64,000 nucleotides of DNA, from the NCBI GenBank assembly GCA_039545335.1, contig BCIN01000008.1, positions 817,528-881,527 of the forward strand, written 5' to 3'. The DNA comes from Kondoa subrosea. Lineage: Eukaryota. Positions 26,853-38,691 of this stretch are shown one piece after another. The notes under the pieces were generated by a model. That model was not told where the DNA came from and did no database searches. It was given only the letters and a program-made list of their open reading frames with translations. The translations under genes and the position numbers were made by a program. Numbering within the stretch: the stretch's first letter is position 1; every line of letters begins with the position of its first letter.

Positions 26853-28174
26853 GTGTCAGGGAGTTGTGATTCGGGGGTTTTGGTGGAGCATGTGTAATAT
26901 TAGAACCTGAACATATTGATTCCCCCAATTATTGCTACCAAAAGAAGATGCGTATATTTCGAAATCAAAGAGCGGGATCAGACTTCGGTGCCGAGAAAGT
27001 TCAGTCAAGCTCATGTATCTCATCTAAAATCTAACATCTTGAATCTCTACGATATCTGCGTGGGAACGACACTATCTATTTCTATCTTCTGTTCTAGGAT
27101 TGACTTTCATGCAATGTTGCCAGTTCTAGCCAAACCGATTTGCGCTCATGACCGCCTTACCACTCAAACTCAGCTGAATACCAGAGTTTAGGATCATACA
27201 GACATACCTAATTGGTCNATGATGGCGAGAGCCTTCTTGTTCTTTTCTTCGACCCAATCAATATCTAACAATGAAAATACATAAGCATTTCGTTTTCCTT
27301 GCTGAGCAGTATGCAACTCACTGCAGTCAGCTTCCGATTCAACCGGTCAAGAAAGCTCTTTGAGCCTTGAAACCTTGTTTCTGTAAGGCTCTGAATGATT
27401 GTTTTGTCGCTCACTTGTTTGCGCCTTCAGAAGGTCCGATGCTCAAACAGCTTGAGACACGAATAAAGGCAGAATAAAAGCGCTGGGTTAAGGAGACTTC
27501 AAGGAATGATGCAGAGAACGCGAATAATTGGGATCGAAAACGATTGCTAGCGAGATTCAAGAATGTTCAAAGACGATTGTAAGAGTGAGGCCAATTGAGT
27601 GCAAAGCCGAATGAGGGTCAACAGCAGGTATTTCAGAGCCTCCGACTGGGTATTCTATGTCTTCAAGTTACTCTGGTGGTCCAGGAAGAAAGAAATGAGG
27701 AATTCGAACTCAGCTCCTTCCTCAGCCATGTTCGTGTCTGCTCAACCTCGCAGCAGGCTTCGCGGGATGCTGTGACATGTCTTATACCTGAACTCTTGCG
27801 ACGCCAACTTATAAATGTGGATCACGTAAGCTGCCCTCCTTGTTTCATTTGTCCTAGTGTCTCTCATCCGCAGCAATTCCAGGATATATCAAAGGGGTAG
27901 CAATCCCGCGCGCTCCCGGCCCACGCTCTTTACCGCTTTTGTTTTACTTCCAAGTCTCCATGGAGACTCATGTGAATCTCACTGCCTTGCACCGCTATTT
28001 CGGCCAATAGTAAGGCCTCGCCGCATAAGGCTGTATGATTCCAAACAGCGCCTCAGATCTATGCTCGACTATTTAAGCTGCTTCTTCTCTCTTACTTCCT
28101 TCCACCATCATATCTTTACCTTCCTAATATTAATTCTCAACCAAATCTAACTTCCAGATCCCATCACTGTCATC

Positions 28175-28887
28175 ATGAAAGCTACTTTCGCTCTTGCCTT
28201 GACTGCTCTCGCTGGTCTTGTTTCTGCCGCACCTGCCTCAGTAGTTGAGAAGCGTGCCGGTCCATCAGGTTTGTTCGTCACGTCATCAATCTTACCAAGC
28301 TCCATCTCTCTTCCTCATGCAGGTCAACTGAAAACTCCTTATGGAGGTGAAATAGTTAGCGCAAATGCTGGCATCCATGTGCAATACACTAGAGTAAACG
28401 GAAACCAAGGTTTCTACACTGAATACATCGGTTAGCCCAAATTCACCTTTCTTGAGCTTCGGCTGATTGCATATGTTTGTGAATAGATCTCCAACTGATC
28501 GAGAACATCTCTGGCAAGTCCTACAACCTCGCTACTGGTGTAACTTCTTCCGGTAAAAATCAGAACATCGATACCTGGTTCAACCTTCCTGAACCTGCTC
28601 GTATCACCGATGATAAGGGCAATTACGTCACTTACACTGTATGTGTCGCTCCTGATTCCTCAGTCAATTTCTTGCTAATCTTTCCGCTTAGCTGCGAGTT
28701 ACTGAACATCAGATTGGCAAGAATGGACCAATCAGCTTCTTGGCTGCAGCACCTACCTTCAAGTATGGCGTAATCGGTGGATCAGCTGTATGTTTTGCTT
28801 CCTTCCTTTTCTTCATCGTCAAAGCTTAATTGCCTGTTTCTCTAGTGCGCGGGGGCCCAAAACGGCAACTGCGGCAATACTTACTAA
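28175..28887 (+). CDS. Small secreted protein of unknown function
   Basis: Signal peptide MKATFALALTALAGLVSA and Kex2-like EKR. Five exons: AGPS|GQLKTPYGGE...YTEYI|DLQLIEN...VTYT|LRVTEHQ...GGSA|CAGAQNGNCGNTY*. Confidence 0.8.
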
Positions 28888-29480
28888 GGCAACTCTCATT
28901 GAACCTCGAGTATTCGGTTTACCTAGTACGGACATTGCATAGCATCATTCGTTCGCAAATTCTCTTAAACAAATGTCAAAGCATAAATTCTTGTAAAGCA
29001 AAATTCAATGTTTCTTATTAGCCCATCTTCTACCGCTTGATTGTTTGAGTGCTTTCCGATTCAGCTACTTCTATTACAGCGCTTTTTTTGCTTACTTTGT
29101 GCTTCTCTTCTACTGAGATTTGGAATTGGCTGGCAGGCGCAGATATCTGCTCGAGCATAGGGAGCAGTGGAAAGACATATCGATATATATATTGTAGTCG
29201 AGTTCGGAGCTTGTCTAAAGATGTTGGTAATAGGAAGGGGATCCGAGATGCCTGCATAGTATACTTGGTAAAGGGTTTGGAAGCTTGAAAACAGACATGA
29301 TATTGGGTCGCATAATGAAGATAGCCACGACTATAATGAAAATAGCAATGCTGACAAAGTAACGAATAGGGTTGTAGAGCAATGTGAGCGGCAAGTGATT
29401 TGAAGTAAGCTAGCGGATCATGAGCATGAGATCGCCTGCCCGCCTTGAGTACGAAACATTAGCTTTTGGCGTAATATCAC

Positions 29481-30576
29481 TCACCACATCACAGTCCTGG
29501 CACTAAACTTAAGCTGGTGGACGACCAACCTCTTCTCTCCCTTCCTCTTCCTCTTTCCGCAGCCTATCTTTCGCTTTTGACCTGAACAATTCTCCTTATG
29601 CCCAGCTTTCCAATCCGCAGTCTGACAGCTTCTAGAACAATACATAGCACAAGAGCAACTATCAGGATTAGTCAGACTGGAGAACACCATCGCAAGCATT
29701 GGACGGAAGCTGACCTACTGCACAACTTGAATTGCTCACTTGTCTCTGGAATGCTGGCTGTGGAACTCGCCCTCGACTGAAGCTGATAGGCACCGCAATT
29801 TAGGCACGTAAGGATCGCTGTACGATTCATGTTAAATTCTAGATCCGACTCGAGACGGCATAGTGATAGCGCTTGTGCGCGTTCGCGAGAGCTCGAAAGC
29901 CGACTGATTTGATGCAAAAGCCTTAGTTCTGGATTCGTTTCGATTGTTTCGGACAGTCCAAGACCGACAAGACAAAAATAAGCGTAAATACTTGACATCG
30001 ATCGTACTTGCAGTGTTAATTCGCTCAGCGATGTGGCATTTGCGGTGATCTTAAGCTGCTGTTGCCAATATTGCTTGATCTGCGATTCCGTGTTTGCTAG
30101 TATCCGGTCAATCAGGTTGGACTGCTTGCTCAGTGTGGTGAGGAATTCTGGTACCAACGTGTGTAAGCCGCAGAGCATCTCGTTTGCGCTCAAGCGGGAT
30201 CTGGGCAGAGCTTCGAGTGTTGAAACGACGCAGGTGATATAAATAGTCAGTAGAGATTCCGCGATAGTAAGATCAAACGCCCGGAGATAATTGAATGCTG
30301 CTACGATGTGAGAAAGAAAGGTGCAGAAATCTATCAGTCTATTGCTTTGATTTCGGAAATGGTAGAGAAGGTCTGGGGATCTTCAGCGCAGATTCGACGG
30401 AGCACAATGTCGGACACAGGATGCATCTCCTCGGGCGTTGCTTCAGCCCCTGATGCCAAAACAACTTGCTGCATTGCATCCAACCAGTCCCTTGATCGGA
30501 CAGCTTCTTTCAATGCCGGAATGTGAAGAGGCATCCCTTCTAGAACCTTTTTCGGAAGATGCTTGACAGCAGACAT
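29481..30576 (-). CDS. Protein with C-terminal MYND-type zinc finger
   Basis: ORFs 30334-30576, 29672-30193 and 29481-29699 join. CLNC...FKLCSS|CSCAMYCSRSCQTADWKAGHKENC, with intron 29659-29714. Confidence 0.8.
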
Positions 30577-31962
30577 GTCGCGCCTTGTTACGAAGAATGC
30601 TGAAATCGGGTAAAAGCCAAAGGTGCAGTTTCTTTGAGAGAGTTTGAAGCAGAAGAGATGATAGCACGAATGAAACTGAGATTGTACCAGGACGGAGCAA
30701 AGATACTGTGAATTTCAGAGAGCAGAGATGATTGTGAGATGTCGAGAAGTCTGTCGGTTTTTACTGTTGATTTGCTTTCTGCACAAGGTCTGGTGTCTCA
30801 GCTGACCTGTCATATGCTCCTCAGTAGTTCTGCAAGGTATCTGCTGTCTCAAGGTATTTGTCAGGGTCGTCGTAGCAAGACAACAATGTTTACGTAATCT
30901 ACGAGACACATCTGGTCGAAGCTTGGTCGCCGACTCGCCGGTTTCAGTGCTGGTTTCATGCGAGCGTTAGAGTATGTAGCTCAGCGAAGCTTGAGGGATC
31001 TCATGAAGAGACAAGCACCAAAATGTCCTTTTATCGAAGCATTGCGACTACTTTCGACTACCGGTAGCCTGCCAATATGGCTAAGAGATATATATCGACA
31101 GGCTTATACTAACAAGAAATATCAGTACTTCTTTCGCAAGCAGAGACCAGAGAAGAGCTTAACTCAGTTCCTTTGTCCCATTATCTCTGAGAAGAGAAAA
31201 CGAACTCGTCAGAGCTCTTTCTTTACCAATAGACTTCCATCATCTCTTTACCTTTTGAGAATCATCAAGCTTGGTGACATTGACAATACGGCAAATGCTC
31301 GACATTTTCAATGTCCTGCTCAAAGATTCCCGCAGTCCCCTCAGGCTCAACAGCCTGCGGACTTGGGCAATAACGCATTGAAAGTGAAAGAAGACGAAGT
31401 ATGCAAGGAGTTGGTAGAGAAGCAGCGCGTAGTAAATATTGACCTTAATCATCTGACAAGGCTGACTGAGAACATAGGAAGGAATGATAAAGAGTCTTGA
31501 CCAGGGCGCATCCTCCAAACGTAACAAAGACCACACTAGCATCAATCAAGAGAAATCCAGGCTGGAGAATAAGCTCAGACGAATTGTGAGATTAGTCGAA
31601 GGGAGGACTTTGGGGAAGCTGATTCATTTCGCAATATGGAATAGCGAAATCGCGATCCTCCAATCCAAGATCAAGACATTGTTAGAGGCGGAGACAAGGA
31701 TGAACAATAACATGATAGCGAATTGGAAAGCTCAAGAATGGGTACGTATTCCTGAGTCGCGAGAGATACCATAGCTCGAGACTGGCTATACTTTTTGGGA
31801 GGCCCAGCGCGTTCCCGCCAAAGCAAGGGGAAATCCTAGTAGTTCACATCATAAGTTATGAGTAATAAGCCTTTATGAAGAGCATTGCGTACCGATACTA
31901 TGCAAGCATCCCGGTTTTTTCGATTCACTCTATAGATAGCGACAGACAGATCGCGCTCTAGT

Positions 31963-32376
31963 TCATACCGACGCATTTGAGATGGCCTCTTCTGCTGCCT
32001 TGATATCTTCCTCGGAAGCTTCTTCGCGTTGTTGCACCTAATCCAATGTTAGATGTTAGTCCATTCCAACTTCAGGGACTGACCAGCATTGACTTGAGCT
32101 CCTCCAAAGCGCTACCTAGCCGTTTCTGAGTATCAGGTAGCATTTTATGACTATCCGCTAGAACTCGTTTCTGGCCAAGTCTTCAAGGTCAGCCTTGTAC
32201 ATTTGGGCATTACGACGCCATACCTGTTGCTTGATATCGTACTCATCCGTGTTACTTGCTTCCATCTCATCCAACTTCCTTTGTATACCCTCTGCTTCTC
32301 TTGTGTATGCTGAGATCTCCTTGAGCAGTCTATTGCACGACTGAGTCTTGATCTTCAGAATAGACGGAGCCGGCAT
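31963..32376 (-). CDS. TBCA: Tubulin-folding cofactor A
   Basis: MPAPSILKIKTQSCNRLLKEISAYTREAE...DEYDIKQQ|KRVLADSHKMLPDTQKRL...|VQQREEASEEDIKAAEEAISNASV* matches the Rbl2/TBCA pattern. Confidence 0.9.
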
Positions 32377-32460
32377 TGTACTCGTACAGTAGTAGAAGTA
32401 ATTTGAGAGTGGAACAAGGTCAACCTGCGACGAGCACAATCACACAAAAATCATGAAATA

Positions 32461-35400
32461 ATGCCACAAATCACTTTCAGGCCCATCCTGACTTCAGTCA
32501 AAGACGTTCATGGACCGATTTGTTACTTGCTTGAAGTGGAAGAAGCCAAAATCTTGCTGGATTGCGGAACTTGGGAGAATGGTCAATCTGAAACAGGGCA
32601 GCCAGGCGTGGACGAGCAGGCTTACATTGAAGCGTTGAAGGAGTCAGTGTGATTCACTGATTGGGACATCTTCCTCAGCTGAATGCTTCTCTCGTCTCAG
32701 GCTCGCTCCAACTTTGACTTTGATATTATGCTCGAATCCCAAACCTTCTTCCATGGGTCTCTTGCCTCTACTGATCAATCATCTCAAATTACCAGCAACA
32801 TGTCAGATCTATGCTTCACCGCCAACCGTTGCTTTGGGTCGTCTGGCATTAAGAGAATGGGCTTCTCATATGTGCTTGGAGAATGATCCAGGTCTCTCTT
32901 CAGCAACAGTAAGAGCAACGCCAGAACAAACTGCTCAAGCGATGCAAAAAGCTGGTTGGAAGTTTTCTCCTCCTCAATTGCTCAAAGCCATGTCGCGACT
33001 GACTGCGATACGTTTCTCTTCGCCTTTGCTGCTCAGCGGAAGAAATGCTCCGTTGACTCTGATAGCAAACAGAGCTGGTCATACACTAGGTGGAACAGTC
33101 TGGACTATCCGTACACCAACAAATGAAGAAATTACTTACGCACCAACATGGAATCATGTTAAAGAACGGACACTAGATGGAGCAACTAATCTCATCTCTC
33201 CTACAGCAAATACGAAACTTCGACAAAAAGGTCTTTTAATCATCCCTTCTGATCGATCAGAAACTGTAGCACCTAAAACAGCAACAAAGTATAAAACCCT
33301 TCTGGATCTCATCACTACTACACTTCGTTCTGGCAACTCTATCCTCTTACCTTCCGACGCAGCAGGTCGACTCATAGAACTAATAGTCCTCTTAGATCAG
33401 CATTGGACATTCTCCTCCCTAACCGAATTCCCGCTCTGTCTAATCTCTAAAACAGCCGAAGACTTATCTTTAACGCTGAAGAACGTTTTCGAATTCTTTG
33501 GTTCAAACTTTACTTCATCTTCCGCACCAGGTGAAGAACCTACTTTCGCTTTACAGAATTTCAGATTTTTCCCTTCTGTTGAATCCTTTCACAAAACTTT
33601 CCCACCAACTGCTACAAAACCAATCCCAAAATTAGTTTTGTCAGTACCTCAATCAATGTCTTATGGATTTTCCAGATCACTTTTCCCTTTTTACGCAGAA
33701 ATAAAAGGAAATGTTATTTTATTAACTCAACCTGGTGAACAAGGTTCTTTAGCTCAAGTTTTATTCAATAAATGGGAAGATGGACAAGAAGATTCAGAAA
33801 AATATGGGAACTCTCAATCGAAATTAGGCAAAGCTGTTTCTTTGAAAGGAGAAGTTTATTCTTTAGTACTAAACAAGAAAGTTTTCTTGGAAGGAGAAGA
33901 ATTGAATGTTTATAACGAAGAGAAAAGATTACAACAAGAGAAGAAAGCGAAAGCTAAAGCTTTGAGTGAAAGAACTAGAAGATTGAAAGAAGCTGCTGAT
34001 GCTGCTGCTGACGCTGATTCTTCTTCTGGTGATGATTCTTCCTCCGCTGAAGAAGATGATGAAGAAAAGGAAGAAGAAGAAGGGATGGGTCTAGAAGCTG
34101 GAATTGGTGAAGAAGGTGTACCAAATCGACCTTCAAAGAAAATGATGAAATCAATTGATGCTGAAGGTGGTGCTGTTGAAGATGATGCACTTGTTACTGG
34201 TATATATGATGAATTCATTGGCAGCGAAGATAAGATTGGTTCTTTCGATACTTATGTCCGCGGTCAAGGCAGACCTGAATTTACTATTCCAATCAAAAAA
34301 GAAGATGGAGAACTCTATTACCCGCCTTTGAGAGAACAGTCAAGATTAAGGATGTTCCCTTTGGTAGAGAAGAGAAGAAAAGTTGATGCATACGGCGAAG
34401 TTGTTGATGTTTCTGCTTGGCTGTCACGAGGCAAGAGTGAAGCAGATCAAGCTGAAGTCGCAAAAGATGTACTCGGAAAGCGGAAGCGCGACGAAGAGAA
34501 CGCAAAGGTGAGTCTGTTCTGTCGAACTTGTCAATGCGACATGAGTGACAGGCTCGATCACAGGAAAAAGCCGAAGCACCTCACAAATTTGTCAGCGAGA
34601 CCGTCACTGTCAAAATGGCCTGTTCTGTCTTTGTTATGGACATGGAAGGTAAAGCAGATGGAAGGGCGCTCAAGACTCTTCTTCCACATCTAAACCCAAA
34701 GAAGCTGGTGCGTAGTGATGATCAACGTCGAATTATCGCTAACATCGGCTTTAGATTCTGATAGGCGGAGATAAAGCAGCAACAGAAGATCTCGAAGCTT
34801 CTTGTCGAGCGAATACAACAATGACTAAAGATATCTATTCTCCAGCTTTACAAGAATCGATACAAGTAGGCGACGATGCTAAGAGCTTCTCTATTCGTCT
34901 GGAAGAAGGTCTATTATCTACGCTTCGACTACGAAGGGTGAGTTGTTGTTCAGCCGTACACTTCACTGTTGATCGATGTTTTAGGTCGACGATTATGACA
35001 TCGTGTCACTTCGCGGAGCAATACATCTACCTGACATGTCTTCCATTCCTACTCTCAATCATCCCTCAGCCATGCTAGACAACTCAGTGGAAGGCGCTAC
35101 TTCAATACGGCGCAGTCGTCCTCTTTCAATCCTAACCAACCTAGAATCATCCACTTCACCCAACAAAATGGCCATAGACGAAGACTCTACGCTTCCACCC
35201 TTACCTAAGACTCTCTTCATTGGCGATGTTCGATTATTCGCGCTGAAACAGAAACTCAATGCTGCTGGTATTTCTGCTGCTTTCGCTGGCGAGGGTGTCT
35301 TAGTCTGTGGACCAGTAATCAAGAAAGCAGCAGCAATTGATGTAAGAAGTAAAGCCAAGAAAGCAGAAGAAATAGAGGAAGCAATCGATACTTCCGGAGG

Positions 35401-35512
35401 GCAGGTAGCAGTTAGGAAAACGAAAGCCGGCGAATTAGCTATTGAGGGCAATCCTGGTGATACGTTCTACGCCGTGAGAACGGTTGTGTATTCCTTACAT
35501 GCAGAAGCGTGA
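32461..35512 (+). CDS. CFT2: Cleavage and polyadenylation specificity factor 100 kDa subunit (inactive metallo-beta-lactamase/beta-CASP)
   Basis: CYLLEVEEAKILLDCG, AGHTLGGTVWTI, WNHVKERTLDG, RLIELIVLLDQHW, RMFP, DAYGE, DMEGKADGRALK, LFIGDVRL...AGEGVLVCG and FYAVRTVVY. Confidence 0.93.
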
Positions 35513-35555
35513 CAATGGAATGCTTTTCGAACTGTAAAATCCCTTCTTTCTACTT

Positions 35556-37219
35556 CTACATTGTTTTGCGACCCGAGCTTGCTGCTCTCATTTGTTGTTT
35601 TCTTTGCTGCCTCTTCTTCTCCAGCTCATCCTGTTTCTTTTGTGCAGCTGGTGACAGGGCACTGTGCATTTGGGAGGGAGGCTTAAGCATTCAATATGCT
35701 CAGTTCTCTCACTTCACGCACTTGTATTTAGCATCATCAATCGCTTTCTTCTTCTTTTCCGCTTCAGTCTTTGCTTCTTCTGCAATCTCATCTTTGTATG
35801 ACTTGACAGCGTTGTTGACAATCTCTTGTCTGCGCTTCTTCTGTTCGTCGATGGAAGCCGAAAATCAGCACCGAAACCGATCATTCAACACTGCAGACGA
35901 ACCAATTTCTGATTAGCATCCAAGCCAATCTTTCCACTCGCTAAAGCATCTGCCAGGTTGATAGCTAAAGTAACGACAGGTACAGTTTCGCTTGATCTCG
36001 ATGCTGGTGGGATTCGTAGAGTGATAATCATTCTTCTATCTTTGTTGAGTGGTTTAGCAGAAGCCAAGATCCTGTTCGAATGAGCCACTTTCAACTTGTA
36101 GTCAAGTTGAAATGACGGAGACGAACTTATCATCTGGTCGAACGGCATGACCGGCTAAATCACTAATGACCAAGCTCTGGAACCATTCTTGACCTTGACC
36201 TTCACCTTGCAACCATTCACCAAGATAAGCCGTTGCCGAGTTCTTGAGAAGTATATCAACAATAGCATTGGTTTCAGTGAACAAAGCCAATCGATTAGGT
36301 AAAAGATTCTTGGATCCTTCGTTCAAAGTAGTGAAAGCATTGACATCCCAACGATCTTGTCTCAAAGCAGACATTTTCGATTTATCCACAATAGCGAGAA
36401 TAAATTCATCTTGATCGTTGTTGTTGTTCTCCAAAAGGAATTCCAAAACGACTACATCTTGAGATTTCTGATAAGTGAAATCCATTACTTTGCGTAAAGT
36501 TTCATAAACGGTAACAAAGAAATCTGCTCTTGGTCTTAAATTGATTGAAACTCTTAAAGCTTTGATTCCTTTTCTACCAGTTGCCCAACCAACATATTGA
36601 GTAGGAGACAATTCTTTTAAATATCTACCACCAGCAGTTTCACATTTCTCAAAAGCTTCTTCCAATAAAGTTACATGAGCTTGATACCAAGTTCTAGCTA
36701 ATTGCCAATTCGAGTTCTTGTTCAACAAACCAACCAATCCGATTAAAGTCACACCTAGGAAAGCGAAGAGTTCTTTCCCAAACAAACCAGGTCGAAGGAC
36801 TAGATGATCTCTGAAGAACTTGTATTCCGTTCCATTGTAAGGTTCGAAAGCTAATGGTTTCTCTCCATTGAACCAGGAAGATTGAGTTGGTCTAGATTGT
36901 CTCTGTTTCGTAGGACTTGCTGTGGTAATCGGTAAAACAGTAGAAGAAGCTTGTTGATATAGCGAAGAGACGGACTCGAATGGGATAGCTTCAGGTGTAG
37001 CCGCTGCTGTAGGTTGGAAAGGATCGTGGACTGAAAGAGTGGTAGGTACAGCTTCAGCTTGAGGTGCCGGAGCTTCCACAGAGTTGGCAGCTGAATTAAA
37101 TATAAGGATCAAACGCATTGATCAAGCGATTATAAACGAGACGAACATTGGCCAAATGGGTTCCAGGCTACGCATGACTGACTGACTAAGAGCAGTCCGC
37201 CAAGTGTAGAGTAGCGCAT
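35556..37219 (-). CDS. CCDC47: PAT complex subunit CCDC47/DUF1682 family ER membrane protein
   Basis: Signal peptide MRYSTLGGLLLVSQSCVA, one TM, N..LARTW, YVGWATGR and INLRPRADF. Basic coiled-coil tail ...LSPAAQKKQDELEKKRQQRK. Confidence 0.82.
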
Positions 37220-37408
37220 ATTCAACTTGGAAGGGGAGAGACAGGAAAGGGAGAACAGGGAGACGACCTTTCGGAAACATATCTTACAAAATCCGCTTCA
37301 ATTTCGCGTTGAATTTTCGCAGAGAGAATGTTCTTGAACCATCACATCTTTCAAGTGAGTCGTCTATACCACACCAGGACCAATTACTGACCCCTACCCT
37401 CTGTCAGA

Positions 37409-38691
37409 ATGGGTTTTGACTTCGCAAACGGAATTCAGCAGCTAGAACAGCATTTGGCCGACAAGTCATATGTCAATGGGTAAGCGCGCTCTCTTATCCT
37501 GATCTATTGCACTCTCTCCTGTCTTATTACCTGATGATCTCTTCATTGCTATGGTCCGTGTTTCCGAGATCTTGCATTGACGGCTTAAGACCCCGTTATA
37601 TGGTGCTTGATATCATTGACGACACTACTCTTAACCTAGCTCTCTGACTTTTCTTGCACCTGTTGATCCTACTACCAGAAGAGAAGACCACGAGACTAAT
37701 GATGCTTTGAATTTGATGAAACAGCTACGAACCATCTCAAGCCGATGTCAGCGTCTTCAAAGCCGTTCCATCTAAACCATCCCCTTCTTCAAACCCACAC
37801 GTAGCTCGTTGGTACAAACACATTGCATCTTACGAATCCGAATTCGCTTCTTTACCTGGTGATGCAACTGCAGCTTACACAACTTATGGTTCAGATGCAC
37901 CAGTAGCTTCAACTTCTTCCACCAAAGATGAAAAGATTGAATCTGCAAAAGGACCTGCTGCTACTGAAACTGCCAAAGAACCAGCTGGTGATGAAGATGA
38001 AGATATTGATCTCTTTGGTTCTGATGATGAAGAAGTTGATGAAGAAGCTGAGAAACTCAAGCAACAACGATTGGCTGAATACGCTGCTAAGAAAGCTGGA
38101 AAAGCTAAGCCTGCTGCTAAAGTGAGTCGCAAATTCGAATCTTGTATTGCTAAGCTGAAGCTCGCTCGAACAGTCTGTCGTCACGCTCGATGTCAAGCCT
38201 TGGGATGATGAGACTGATATGAAAGCACTTGAAGCATTCGTTCGCTCAATCGAGAAGGATGGTTTAGGTGAGTGTTACAATAGTTTCTCTACATTTCGTA
38301 TACTGATCCTAACACAGTGTGGGGTGGTGCTAAGCTTGTCCCCGTGGGTTATGGGGTCTCTAAGCTTCCTGAGTTATGGTGTATCTGCGCTTTTATCAAC
38401 ACTAATACTTTCTACAGAAATCAACATGGTCATTGAAGGTTTGTGATCGCTCTGAATATTTCAAATCTAGTGCTAAGGCGTCTGAGCAGATGAAAAGATT
38501 GGATGCAAGTGACATTATCATCCACAACCGAGGGAAACGCGCTAACCTTTGTATACAGTGGATGAACTCCAAGAAGAAATTGCTGAAAACGGTGAAGAAT
38601 GGATTCAATCTTCAGACGTTCAAGCGTACGTCTTCTCTATCTTTAGTAGAGTGTCTAGGCTGACGCTATCTACAGTATGCAAAAGCTTTAG
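37409..38691 (+). CDS. EFB1: Translation elongation factor 1-beta
   Basis: [90 protein letters not shown]...SSDVQA|MQKL*. Also a probable 5'UTR intron at 37355-37407. Confidence 0.96.
37531..37647 (+). ncRNA. snR18: Intronic box C/D snoRNA, U18/snR18 orthologue
   Basis: Lies in an unusually long 245-nt intron (37480-37724). Box C TGATGA 37532; guide TGGTCCGTGTTTC 37552-37564, complementary to LSU rRNA GAAACACGGACCA; D' CCGA 37564; C' TGACGA 37617; box D CTGA 37644. Yeast snR18 also lies in the EFB1 intron. Confidence 0.9.

Noticed and set aside
29030..29257. 75-aa minus-strand ORF with a pyrimidine-rich leader
   Set aside because: Plausible start context but no homology cue, so it is insufficient to call.
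30958..31774. ORFs with coiled-coil-like character
   Set aside because: I could not build a confident gene model or assign a family.
33910..34218. Antisense ORFs rich in Ser/His/Gln opposite CFT2 (and similar ones opposite START, KCS1, VPS5, EF-1beta)
   Set aside because: They are shadow frames of low-complexity Glu/Asp/Ala codons in the real gene.
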